The notes under the pieces are model-generated. The model saw nothing but the letters and a program-made list of their open reading frames with translations, had not been told where the DNA came from and ran no database searches. The translations under genes and the position numbers were made by a program. A stretch of DNA of 64,000 nucleotides, from NCBI RefSeq assembly GCF_006345805.1, contig NC_043003.1:41664001-41728000 (forward strand), read 5' to 3'. Of this stretch, positions 1 through 12,541 are shown in pieces. The DNA is from Octopus sinensis. Taxonomy: Eukaryota. How positions within the stretch are numbered: position 1 is the stretch's first letter; each line of letters begins with the position of its first letter.

Positions 1-161
1 ATCTAGGAATGAACGATAAAAACCAGTTATTTTCATTAAAACTATTCATTTGAATAATGTTATGCTATAACAAAACTGCTATGAGTTATTATTCATTAAA
101 CAAAAAAGAAAGAAAGCAGAATTTCTCACTTTATTTGATGTATAACAGAAAGTTTTGTGAA

Positions 162-177
162 CCGGAAGTGACGTCAC
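162..177 (+). promoter_or_regulatory. ETS-CRE composite motif CCGGAAGTGACGTCAC
   Basis: Exact 16-mer: ETS site CCGGAAGT overlapping the palindromic CRE TGACGTCA. This is the composite known from mammalian proximal promoters (GABPA/CREB1). Confidence 0.7.
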
Positions 178-584
178 CAAGCAGAGTGTAGGAGAATTTG
201 TGAGGAAATAAAATCTTGCAAATACACAAATCAATTAACCTACAAGCTATTCAAAACGTCTTACGCGATGAGAAAACTTAGTACGGTGTGATTTCGTTCC
301 TTGCGAGGCGCTACCTATATATATTAAACAAAGGAAGATTTGTCTGCATCCGCACTCCAAGTTGTTGTTGCACTGCTATGTCAACATCATTAGGCTGTAG
401 ACTCTCAAACCGCTCTGCAAACAAAGTTACGTCATCGTTCTGCACAACAGTGAACTTGCAACAAAGCAATAGTTCAAGATATGGCCACTAGGTGACAGCA
501 AATACCTTGAGTGAAGAGCAAATCAAGGGTGCTAATTAATTTCTGACGGTAGTGTACATATATATATGGATATATATATGTTTG

Positions 585-750
585 TATGTGTGTGTTTGTC
601 CCTCCCATCGCTTGACAACTGATGCTGGTGTGTTTACGTCCTTTACTTAGAGAGCGATAGAATAAATACTAGTCTTACAAAGAATAAGTCCTGGGGTCGA
701 TTAGCTCAATTATATGTAGTGCTCCATCAAGGCCATAGTCAAATCACTGA
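585..750 (+). mobile_element. SINE 3' portion (same family as 54533-54993)
   Basis: catcgcttgacaactgatgctggtgtgtttacgtc...aataagtcctggggtcga...gtcaaatcactgaaac matches the body and tail of the copy at 54795-54965. Confidence 0.75.
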
Positions 751-2089
751 AACATATATATATATACATATATATTACATATTTGAGGGAAACCACTATG
801 TGGACACCCTTATGCAAGAAATAGATCCGCTATGGTCTTACCACTAAGAAATGTACTCAAGAAAAATTTTACAAAACAGCCAAAACGTAATCGAGCATGG
901 CAAAAGAAAAAGCAATAAAAATATGGATTACTCGCATACATGTTTCTCTATTAACATATTACGTAATTTTACTTACATAAATAAATGTCCGTAGATCATC
1001 GGTGCGAACGTCCAGATGAATATAATTTGACTGAATACTAGGACGTACGCACAAAGTCAGATCTGTAAAAAGTTCTACCCATTACACTCGTGGTTACTAT
1101 TTCAAATGTACTCGTTTTGGCGCGCTAAATTACCGGCTTTTATCCACAAGGATTTTAAAAAAGAGTTACGTAAGCGAGAAATCATTTTAACAGCAAACTT
1201 TCCTGTTAGAAAATATTTTACTTACACACAACACGGCTTCGATTGATTGATGCGGGGTAAAAAATTAGATTACAATTGTTTGTTCTTGATTATATTCCCT
1301 TAATTCACAATGCATGTGTTACTTCGGCATCATCATTCCATAAAATGTGCTTAATGGGAGAAAAATATCAAAAAAACATCAATGCACGGAGAGAAGTTTT
1401 ACTTGTTCTAGAAACAACAGCCGAAGCTCCCTTGAATTGTTCCCCTTTTCCTCTGAAAATATTCATCTTTTTTTACCGAAAACTCTTCTCCCATGGCGTT
1501 TAAATTTTTTAAAATGGCCCAAATTGGTCCAGATAGTTATTATTGTAAGGCTTATAGCGTTCCAAATAGCCATAATAGAAAATCATTTCTTAACATTTTT
1601 TATAAAAATTAAGCTCGTGTATCAAAAAATTTTCATTTGAAAAATAATGTTTTTACATAACTTATACAGCATAAATTGTGGGTTTTGCAAATAGCGAATT
1701 AAACTCGAAATGAAAACACTGAAATAGAGAGTGAGAGACTTTGAAAATGAAAACGGAATCTTCCGCAGTGAATACAATGAATATTTAAATTTCAAGTTCA
1801 AAAATTCAAAACAATTCAGAAATCGAAACTATAGGAAATTTCTTGGAACGATCAAGCCTTTAATAATTGCTTTCTTTTATTAACTGCTACATACCTAATT
1901 CACAAGCGGCTTTCTGCATTATGATATAGATTACATGTACGCCATACTTCTTGACGGTAGTCATGTGACAAAATCTACTTTACACCGCTAATGTTACTCG
2001 TTATATGGGGGGAGCACTCTAGTATATGTAAATGTGAGCGCACGCGTAGTGCATGTGTATATGCACATATGATGTGTATGTGTGTATGT

Positions 2090-2275
2090 ATATATGATGT
2101 TATATATATATATATTATATATATATATATATATACGCAAACACGCGTATATATTATATATAATATTGAAATATATATGCATGTTGATGTAACCCTCATT
2201 CTGTCGCATATCTCTTACACACTATGTCTATATTTATATTTAACTATACACACACACACATATATACATATATAT

Positions 2276-2339
<64 letters not shown>

Positions 2340-2345
2340 ATTTAT
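2090..2345. repeat. (TA)n/(CA)n compound microsatellite
   Basis: Direct inspection. Confidence 0.95.
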
Positions 2346-2464
2346 TATTTAAATGAAATTATGTATATGCATTTGTGTGCGTGTGTATGTGTATGTAGGT
2401 GTAAGAAATACAAATAGAATGATCAGAAAGGAGAGAGTAAGTGAAAGAGGAAGAGATAGAGTTG

Positions 2465-2467
<3 letters not shown>

Positions 2468-2530
<63 letters not shown>
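2468..2530. repeat. (GA)n microsatellite
   Basis: Direct inspection. Confidence 0.95.
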
Positions 2531-2532
<2 letters not shown>

Positions 2533-4964
2533 TAGTTGGTGGAGAAACTGAGAGTTGGATATGGAGTTGGGGAGACTGAATAACTAGAGATGAATAATTG
2601 AGAATAATTACTATTGGTCTCCAAACCGAAAATTCAAGCTGCAGATTAGATGGCGTTGCAATTTTCAAACCGACACATGCTGTTTAATCATACTGTAGTT
2701 TATATCATCAGGAGCTAATTAGCATTTCCACTTACGATAGTGTTGCTCTAACCAGATTGACTCTCAACAATCTTATCTTTCACCCGAAATCAACATTTTG
2801 CTAGCGAAGTCAATACATTTTTAAATACAACTAATTTCTCCTCCACTGCTCTAATCAAATTGATTGCCTTTAAAATAGCGAAAACATTGGAAGATTCTCT
2901 TTGAACACTTCTTACTTCTCACTTCCTTCACTAAGTTTCTACGCGTTTCTATTCATTTTCCTTATCTTTGTTTTCCTTTCCTTCACGTTTATTTTTCTTT
3001 TCTTCGCTTTTCTTTTTTTCTTCTGTTCTTTCTTCGAGTTTTATTTTGGTATGTCGCTATCTTACTTTTCTTATTCGTCATGTTTTTATTCGTCGTTTCT
3101 CTTTTAAGCATACTTTGAAGATCTTATCATGATAATGAGATTTCTCGTTGTTGTTGTTGTTGTTGTTGTTGCTTGCAATGTATGTGTGCCTTTGTGCTTC
3201 TCCCTGTGCATTTCTAAATATGTCGTAAATCTGTATGTATTTGTTTGAGAGTGCGTATATGTGCATTTAAATGTATTTATGTTATCATGGTTTATTTCTG
3301 AGTCGGTATGCGTTTGTGTGGGTAACCATAATGAGTTGCAAAATATATAAAAGGAATATGTATCGTTTTCTCACTTTTCCTTCTTATCAACATCTTTATA
3401 TTCATCATTGTTATTTTTATTATTATTTCCATTTTTTTTCTTTTTTGATATATATTATTGTTATTCTTATAGGTTTTCTGGTTGTTTTCTTTCTGAATTC
3501 ATTCCCGCCAAGGTCAATAATGCTTTTTATTCTTCCGGAGATCGATGAAATAAATTACCAATCAAGTAGTGACATTGATATATTTGGCTATTTCCACCAT
3601 AAATTTCTGGCCTTGTGCCTATGCTAGAATGGATTATAATAAGCGTGTGGTCAATTCATGAGTCGTTAGAGTATTGAGCAAAATACCATGCGGTAAATCA
3701 TTCCAGTTGTTTGGGTTCTGATTTCAAATCTCACTGGGGAAATTAAGTCTTTTATGTTAGAATAAATTACTATTCAAATGCTATGTTCGATACAAATTCC
3801 TTTTTTTCCTTCCCGAAACTTTTAACTATGTACCTGTGAAAATTTTCAGCTTATGTCTTGATAGAGACTTGCTTCCTAGACGTTCTTTCAAAATGTTTAA
3901 GCTTTGTCTCGATTTTTTTTTAAATCTGACCTCGTTATCAACATACTTCTATTTTCTGACAACTCACTAGCGACTTCAAGCATTTCCTTTTCTTCAACAT
4001 AATATTCCGACTATGGTTGAGCTGATATTATTGCGTCAGATTTTCACACGTTAGGTATTTCCAACGTTAATAACTACTGTTTTTGTTAGACCGGATATTT
4101 TAATGCATGTTTAGAACATTCTAATATATCAGGTAAATAGAATCTGTAAGATCTTGATCTAGCGTCTGCTACGATACGAACCATACAGTTCTTCATCCGG
4201 CTAATGTAGCTTGGTGCATCAAGTAATCAATGACCATAAATGCTAGATCCCATCGATCAACAAATAACGGGACTTAAGAGAAATCATTTGAACATTTATT
4301 CAAAAGCCAAAGAGATTTACAAGATGAGCTTCGTATTGAATCTAAGAAAGGAAAATGAAAAGCAAGACACTTGAGGATTTACTGGTGAGAGATCAGCAGA
4401 TGAGACGTTTAAAATAATGTGGATGATATAGAAACAAGTCGCATAAGAATCAATTGACAGAACATGCTGTTAGACGTTTCTCGAGAGCCATTATGGTGCA
4501 ATGCACAAACTTTGCTTTTCGATCCCACACTACCACCGTAATAGTTAGATTAGCGCAATTCTCAAGAATTATAGTGCATATAGTTAGTCGCATCTCCGCA
4601 GAAGTTACGTTAGAAACATAAATTGTTAATATTCGACGTAATCGTGAGAGCGATAGTGACAATTCATCACGGTATTTAGTTGCAGCTGAGTTTTAAAAAA
4701 AACTAGGTCAACTTCATTTTTGATAACTCAGGAATCGAGGAAAATACTGGGGTAGATGTAATTGATTAATATTTACCCATATGCCTGACTTATTTTCATC
4801 ATTGTTGTTGTTGAAATTATTACTGTTATTGTTGTTGTTAATATTTTCTTTCGTAAGACTGTAGGTGTAAATGTTTAGTTATCTGTCAAGTCACGACAAG
4901 GACCTCAGACAGATAATACTTTCCTTAAGATGTGCGCTGTGCCCAATTAGGCTACTTTTTGCAA

Positions 4965-4992
4965 ATTCTTCTTCTTCTTCTTCTTCTTCTTC

Positions 4993-5061
<69 letters not shown>

Positions 5062-5062
5062 G
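4965..5062. repeat. (TTC)n-(TTA)n microsatellite
   Basis: Direct inspection. Confidence 0.95.
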
Positions 5063-5199
5063 TTGAACGATGAGGAGAAATATGTTTGCAGGTTATTAAC
5101 ATCACGCCCTGGAGGGATGAAGAAGATGACAGGAGAATATCAAATTTATACAAAACTGTTTGATTAAATATTCCTCTTTATTTTTCTTTCTTTTTTTCT

Positions 5200-5880
5200 A
5201 TCGTCTTTTTTCTGTATGGCTAAAGTATTGATCGCTTCGATCTTGTTTCTTGCATTCAGCTCTGTCTGGAATATTGCTCTTACTCTGCGATAACATTCAC
5301 TTCTGATCCTTTCCTTCATCACTGAATGTTTGATTCGGCCCCTTTCAAATACCCCTATGTATTTGTAGCTCTCCGCTGGTTCTAACTCCTTTATGATATT
5401 CTGCTGGTCAAAGTTAACGTTAGATGTTTCTCTCATTACTCCTTTGATAAAGGGAGCTTTTGCACATCTATCGGGGTCAAATTTCATCCTGTTGTCATCA
5501 CTGAATTCTTTAACAATCGCTAGTAAATCCTGTAGTTTTTAGTCATTTTCTGCAAAGAGCTTTAAATCATCCATGTAAATGAGATGATTTATAATTTTAT
5601 CAAACATTTTATAACCGTACTGTACATCATTGAGCAATTTTGAGAGAGGTATTAAGGTTGGACAAAAGAGAAGTTGTGATTGAGAGTCATCCTCGAAAAT
5701 GCCACATGAAATTCTTATATCTCCAGCATTAAGAGATTCATGGTCACTGTTCAAAATCAGTGTGGTTCTCCGTGATCTCATACTTACAGACAAAATGATT
5801 CGCAAAATTGGTGCTATTTTATACATTTCCAGATATTTCTTTATCCAGCTGTGGTAGAATATCAAAAGCATTTTTATAGT
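5200..5880 (-). mobile_element. Decayed R4/Dong-clade LINE reverse transcriptase fragment
   Basis: Minus ORFs give INHLIYMDDLKLFAEND and MKFDPDRCAK...YKYIGV...YRRVRAIFQTELNARNKIEAINTLAI. These are collinear with ISHLLYMDDLKLYA...MKFGLEKCAK...YYRRVRSILNTELNAKNKIIGINTLAV in the 42375 ORF. Confidence 0.85.
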
Positions 5881-6389
5881 TGATTGAGGCTATTGACAAG
5901 GTTTTTGTCTTTTGCGACAATCTTCCTAGATCATCATATTGATGAGTAGCTGATCTTCACAACCACAGGGCCCAGGTTTACATCCTACATACTTTTTGCT
6001 CATTAGGGAATATGCCACATCCTATTAAAAAAAATATATAGGTATATTCAATCAAGATAGATGTTAGCGTTTTATACATTGTTGTTAAGCAGGTTATGGG
6101 GTTGTAAAATTTTTGATTCATTTGTTTCTTCGTTTTTTGGAAGTAGGAATGTTACACCATTAACTAGCGAAGAGGGAATAATACTAAGTTGTTACAAAAT
6201 ATTGTCGTAAAGTTATGTTAACAGTTCATGGCTCTCTGGGAAGGCATTCAACCAGAAGCTAGGAATTTTATTATTATTTTCCAAATTGCAGGCAAGTGGT
6301 TGTATTATTGTCAACGATGTTATACTGAAGATATTTCCGACAGCAAGTCATTTCGAATCCATCTTTCATTGGAATCTCGCATAATACAG

Positions 6390-6611
6390 GATTCTTCTTC
6401 TTCTTCTTCTTCTCTTCTTCTTCTTCTTCTTCTTCTTCTTCTTCTTCTTCTTCTTCTTCTTCTTCTTCTTCTTCTTCTTCTTCTCCTCATTCTTCCTCAT
6501 CCTCCCCGCTCCTCCTCATACTCTTCCTCCTCCTGCACAACATCATCATCATATTCATCATCACCACCACCATCATGATGCTCACCATCGTTTTTAATAT
6601 TATTATTATGA

Positions 6612-6674
<63 letters not shown>

Positions 6675-6755
6675 AATATTATTATTGCTGTTGTTGCTGT
6701 TGTTGTTCTTGCTGTTGCTGTTGTTGTTGATGATGATGATGATGATGATGTTGTC
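6390..6755. repeat. Compound trinucleotide microsatellite (CTT/CCT/CAT/ATT/GTT/GAT)
   Basis: Direct inspection. Confidence 0.9.
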
Positions 6756-7858
6756 ATATACGGGTTAGGCAAATATAAGACGTTAATGTTCCCTTTTCAT
6801 AATTGCAGTGTGTCTTTCTCGTTAATTTGAAGGAGATTTGACCGTTTTTACGAGTAAATACAGAAGCCCTCACATTTTTTAATATGTGTTTGTGTATGTT
6901 AGTAAAATTAGCAAGAAATACCACATATCAAAAGGTTGTTCTTATTATAGTTACCCCGCAATATGAATATATTCCACTGATAAATGTAAACCAATTTTTA
7001 TTGACGTTTAAGAATATCTTACTAAGATGTTTTTAAATTCACAATTGCTTTACGCGTACATCAATAAATATCAAAGTGAATAATATTTACCTTTCACATC
7101 GCAGATGTCAGAGTTTTATTGACTGACGTTTTAATTAAGTAGTTTATCAACCGCTACATTCACTCAATCGAAATATGCTTATTCCAGAAAAAAAAAAACT
7201 ATTGTACTAACCATAGATTTTGTGTAAATCCCTTGGTCCTTTCTTTTACACCACTAGTAGTACTTCCACTCTCCACACAGAGGAAACTTTTAAGTTTATC
7301 AAAAATAAAGAGCTAAGCTAAATTTTCCTTCCGTTGCATAAGAGAATTTAATGAATATATTGCAAGAAATTACTGTTTTCTTTTAACACAATTTCTAATC
7401 GCTCTAAGCTAGGAGAGTCTTTAGAACGGTGGAGATATTCTCATGCAGTATTTGTTCCGCAAGTCTGAGTTCAATTCCTGGCGAGAATATACTTTTTCTG
7501 TCAGCACATTGTGATCGATGAAAAATACCAATTTATAGCAGCAGACGGACGGAACTGAATGAACAAATGACTGATGCACGCACGCACACGATCAGCCGGA
7601 CCGACAGAGAAAACACCTTTAATTGCGACTTACATTTACAGGCGTTTTTTGCACATAGCATAGACGTTTAAATTATCCTTGAAAACGTATGAATTCCTTT
7701 TAACATTACACCGTGTTATAACGTCTAATGGACTTTATGAAGGATGCAAATGCTCTTCTCCACTCATTCACGCAATGTGTATATATATATATACATATAC
7801 ATATATGTATATTGATAGATAAAATAAATAGATATAGATTTCTCTCTCTCTCTCTCTC

Positions 7859-7899
<41 letters not shown>

Positions 7900-8252
7900 C
7901 AAACATGCAGACTGATATGCATATATATCTATGCGATTGGGTGCAAATGAATGAGAATATTATAAATGCTGAATATGTATTTGTGCGTTTCAAATAGTTG
8001 ATTGCTAGAGAGAGAGGGGGAGAGAGAAGGGAGAAATACAAGACAGAGAGGAACTGAATGAGAGAGAGACAGAGAAGGAGAGAGGGGGAAAATGAGAACA
8101 TTACGTGTTACGAAACTATTCAAATTTCCTCTGAAAGACGACATTGATAAGAAGGGAGAATGAGAGTTAACGTGGAAGCAAAAGGATATATACCAATCAT
8201 GTGTTTATCTGCGCGCTTCTAAATATGCGTACCTGTATCTGAACGACTCGTA

Positions 8253-8312
<60 letters not shown>

Positions 8313-9659
8313 GTATGTATATATATACATATGCATATATGGAAAGACAGGTAGATATACACATGCATATAAATGTGTGTATGTATATATATATGTAGTT
8401 GCATACACGTGGTGGTATCTGTATATCAAGATACATCATGACTCTGACAAAGTAGGTATATAATTGTTTAATATCAACTGATAAGAAATACAAGCTTCCA
8501 AAGAAAATTAAATAATGCCATATTATCTCCTATATAGAAAGTTTGACAATAGATTTAAAGTTATTATGAATAAATTCTTTGAAAATCACGAATCGTTTTA
8601 TGAAAATGACAGCAATGCTTTAGGTTAAGTCACTTTGATAAACAAGTGAAGTGTTTTTAAAAGATATGTTGTTAGTACGCAAGACAATATTCTTCTTGTA
8701 ATATATATTATCCTTCAGAAGTGTGACGATAGTATAAACATATAAAACGAAAAGATTAAATGCCAAAAAATGAAACCCTTAGATTAGCAGTTCACTGATC
8801 ATATACATGAATTATTCCCCTCATGTTTAGAAAATTTCAAACAGGCTGAAGTCAAGATACAGACTTCATACTGATTGTTCCGATAGAGCTGAAACGATAT
8901 AGCAATTGTTGTGTCTTTACATCATCGAAGAGACATTAGTAAGACGCGTTAAAAGCTGAAGATTATTCATGGAATAATGGAAAGAAATTTTGAAACTAAT
9001 ATCTACTTTAATACCAAAATCCCAAGTAATTGTGTGATTAAGATAGAACGTGTGCACATGCCCAAATTCATAGCTTGCGAAGTCTAATGTTCAGTTCCAG
9101 TGGATGCAATAAGGACTAGGATTTCCAGCGGGTTAGCGTCCTCTGACTTTGGTGGGCATTTTATCTAATTTGCTTAATAATCGAAGAAAAGCGACTACTT
9201 TTCTCATTCTATATTCTTCACGAAAGATTGAAGTTTAGTAAGCGTTCCTGTAGAGCAAACGAAGCAATTGTGATTACTGAATGAATCTAATTTACATCTA
9301 ATTTTTCTCTGTAATGCCTGACTCCCTTGGTGCATTAGAACTTACCCTACTAGGATAAAGTATCTGGAAAGAAGGTTTGTAAGAAAATATGAGACGTGTT
9401 TTTCTCTCTCAAAATTTATAGTGACTAAGTTAAGTCAGTTCACATATATCTTCTAATTTTCTCATCATGCAACAGCATACATCACTGTTTAAATCAAGTA
9501 TATACAAGGATCGCCTAACAACTTCATAGACTGAAATCTTCAAATACAATGTGACTAAACGAAGTTTGTTTTTCGACATAGACCTCTTTGCGGTCCAGTC
9601 ACTTCTTCCATAAGTGTTGCAGTGCATGGACCCCATTGGTGATGAAACCTCCATCGTGT

Positions 9660-10240
9660 TGGATGACGTCACAGCAATAAAAATTCTCAGTCAATTATTT
9701 TTTTCATGTTGCAATAGAGATAATAGTCACATGGAGACATATCATGAGATTAAGGAGGCTGATGAACAAGTTCAATGACACAGTCACACAACAGCCATTG
9801 AAACCAAGGACTTTAGCGCTACAAAATTGTCTTGATGAAGCAAGGCCCTTTTGTCAGCTTTCCTAGATGTTTAGTCTTGATAGCCTTCCGAAATTGCCTT
9901 AGTACTTTGGGAAAGTACTCTCCATTGATGGTTGACCTTTGTAAAGATAGCCAACAAACACAATGTCTTTTGCATCCTAAAAATATGAAGCCATCACCTT
10001 CTTGCAGATGAAACGACATTGGCCTACGTTGACAAAGTCTTCTGCTAGACTCTCTTTTCCTCTCTTAAATCCAGCTGTCCACGTTTGCACTGGCGATAAA
10101 GCTTGAGCGTCATCGCCTAATGTATCAACCCTGTCAGCATTTATGACTTTAGAGTCTAAACCCTTTTTTCTGCAGGTACCTCATAACACTACGATACCAA
10201 AGTTTGTCCATTTTCAAGTACACCGACTGCTAGTTACTTT
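9660..10240 (-). mobile_element. Internally deleted mariner (Tc1/mariner) transposase remnant
   Basis: Minus strand reads MDKLWYRSVMRYLQKKG...WTAGFKRGKES (ATG at 10211), then STINGEYFPKVLRQFRKAIKTKHLGKLTKG, an (F)HQDN-like and a PPxSxDxxPxDY-like segment, broken by frameshifts. Confidence 0.8.
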
Positions 10241-10514
10241 GAAAATCTTTCGAGATTTAGTTCTCAGTTTAGTTGGAAAGAAACAATCCAGTAATTAATA
10301 AGAAATGTTTTGAATTAAAGATAACTCTTTCATAGTCATCCGATGAATTTCCAGCCCACACACGTAGGAATTAACTGAATTATATACGCAAACTTGATGT
10401 TTCACTTACGCGGTTTTACTCCAGGTAAGCTTTACTGCAGATAAGTAAACACGTTTATGAGAAATTGATATATATTACTTTGTAAAAATAAAGATAGAAA
10501 TATTATGGTACATA

Positions 10515-10700
10515 ATGGAGCGGCTGATAAGATTCATCACGTTGTATAGAGCGTCCAACATTACGTTCTGAGTTCAAGCATAACTAATGTGTGGCTTGTA
10601 TTTCATTATTCTGCGGGGTCGATAATATAAGTCATCTAGCGCTGAGTTAGATGGAATTTACTAAAACTCTTTCCAAATATGTTACCTTGCACCTACGTAA
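10515..10700 (+). mobile_element. Decayed tRNA-derived SINE (family of 12172-12400)
   Basis: ttacgttctgagttcaa (B-box-like)...ggggtcgataa...aagt matches the 12172 copy. Confidence 0.65.
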
Positions 10701-10984
10701 AGAATAGTTCTTCCAAAATTAACGCAAATAATTCGCTGAAAAATTCAAAGACGCAATCAACTGCCAGGCAACAGTACTAACAATAAAATGATACCGATAA
10801 ATTTTTCAAGTCGTTCGCGTGAGGAAGAACATAGTATTCCTGATGCTTTACACTCCCATTTTTATTGTTGTGATGTAGAGGAAGACTTGCTCTGACTACA
10901 ACCCACAGAACAGATTTTGCAAAAAAAAAACAATGTATTTGAAGGTGGATGTAAAGGATATATTAATATACACAAGACTTAGGG

Positions 10985-11130
10985 TAAGGTGGAGTACTGG
11001 CACAGTCATTAGCACGCCAGGCAAAATGTTTTGCAGCATTTCGTCTGCCTTTATGCACTGAATGCAAATTTCCTGACTTTATCTTTCGATCTTTCCAGGT
11101 TCATAAAATATATACTAGTCAAGCACTGAG
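10985..11130 (+). mobile_element. Decayed tRNA-derived SINE
   Basis: ggagtactggcacagtcattagcacgccaggcaaaatg...cagcatttcgtctgcc...gcaaattt matches the head of the 12172 family. Confidence 0.65.
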
Positions 11131-11324
11131 GTCGACGTATTCAACTTTACCACTTCTCCGAACTTGCTGGATTTGCGCCAAAATTTACAACCAATTAGAC
11201 TTGACCAAGTAAATTTGTATTTATTGACAATGATAGTAAGTAGATTTTTTTTTATAACAGGTCACCTTTAAGCTAACTTTTATAAGTATATCATTCTTAG
11301 CATACAATGTTCTTCCTATTATTT

Positions 11325-11392
11325 ACCGGCTGTTCTTTCATTATCTTACTTGTTTCAGTCATATGACTGCGGCCATGCTGAAGCACCGGCTT
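11325..11392 (-). mobile_element. SINE 3' end
   Basis: ttacttgtttcagtcatatgactgcggccatgctgaagcacc is the reverse complement of the tail at 54930-54970. Confidence 0.7.
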
Positions 11393-11416
11393 ATACACAC
11401 ACACACACACACACAC

Positions 11417-11479
<63 letters not shown>

Positions 11480-12171
11480 ATATGTGTCTGTCTGTGTATT
11501 TGTCATGTATTTAAAACTCGAGATCCACCCAACCTATTTTAACGAAGTTTTACACATGCATTACATATGGTTCATGGAATGTCATGGGCCAAAAACATTT
11601 TCAACTTCTTGCCTAATGCGGGCCCAGGGGCAGATAAACCTCATTTTCTAGGCATTTTCGCAGCGTTAAGGCCCATGATTTGAAGAGTATCCAGTAGCTT
11701 TCCTCCTAATTCGCAACAAACATTAATCAGGCTTCTTAAATTGCTGTTGAGTGCAAACATAAAAATATAAATAAAATTTCTGGCTAACTCCTGAAACGCT
11801 TCAAACTGTATTTCACAGCGCTAAGGAGAGATTTGAAATATGCAGGGACATAGATATGTTGAAAATTTTCAATAAAAGTTTGACGTAAGATATACAAATC
11901 TATTTATTTTGGTAATAAATATGAAATTCTGTCAGTCATTTGGAAATTTGCTCAATTTCATTGAAACAGTTAATTTTATTCTTATGATATACACACATAC
12001 AGGAGGAGTAAATCTATATATATAATAATATAGTTTTAGTAAATTCCATCTAACTCAGCGCTAGATGACTTATATTATCGACCCCGCAGAATAATGAAAT
12101 ACAAGCCACACATTAGTTATGCTTGAACTCAGAACGTAATGTTGGACGCTCTATAGAGCGTGATGAATAAA

Positions 12172-12400
12172 GGCGGTGAGCTGGCAGAAACGTTAGCACG
12201 CCGGGCGAAATGCGTAGCCGTATTTCGTCTGCCGTTACGTTCTGAGTTCAAATTCCGCCGAGGTCGACTTTGCCTTTCATCCTTTCGGGATCGATAAATA
12301 AAGTACCAGTTACGCACTGGGATCGATGTAATCGACTTAATCCGTTTGTCTGTCCTTGTTTGTCCCCTCTATGTTTAGCCCCTTGTGGGTAGTAAAGAAA
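12172..12400 (+). mobile_element. Well-preserved tRNA-derived SINE
   Basis: A-box-like GAGCTGGCAGAAACGTTAG and B-box-like GAGTTCAAATTCC, followed by the body gaggtcgactttgcctttcatcc that recurs across the window. Confidence 0.85.
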
Positions 12401-12482
12401 TATATATATATAATAATAGTTTGGATGTGGCCCCGAGAAAAAGTAAAAGTAATTACCCGTTCAAGGACTGGTGTTACTGCTA

Positions 12483-12535
<53 letters not shown>

Positions 12536-12541
12536 CATACG

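Larger units (their letters stand above)
162..1173. promoter_or_regulatory. Promoter-like region with clustered bZIP and E2F-type sites
   Basis: TGACGTCA 169-176, TTACGTCA 427-434, TTACGTAA 959-966 and 1166-1173, TTTGGCGC(G) 1116-1123. CpG-richer than the flanks. No transcript evidence. Confidence 0.4.
10532..12168. repeat. Inverted repeat pair 10532-10668 / 12032-12168 (137 bp, 2 mismatches, 1363-bp spacer)
   Basis: Base-by-base comparison: only 10542 and 10544 differ from the reverse complement of the right arm. Confidence 0.95.

Noticed and set aside
3850-4400. Possible Penelope RT remnant (CFLDVL-like at ~3870)
   Set aside because: A single short motif; neighbouring motifs could not be recovered confidently.
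8950-9000. CTGAAGA followed by a TTATTC/GAATAA hairpin; similar partial hammerhead hits near 14250, 37950 and 58930
   Set aside because: None has a correctly spaced GAAA plus stem III/NUH and stem I.
10400-10445. Overlapping splice-like signals on both strands (25-nt minus microexon; plus CAG|GTAAGC)
   Set aside because: Not frame-preserving and contradictory between strands; likely chance.
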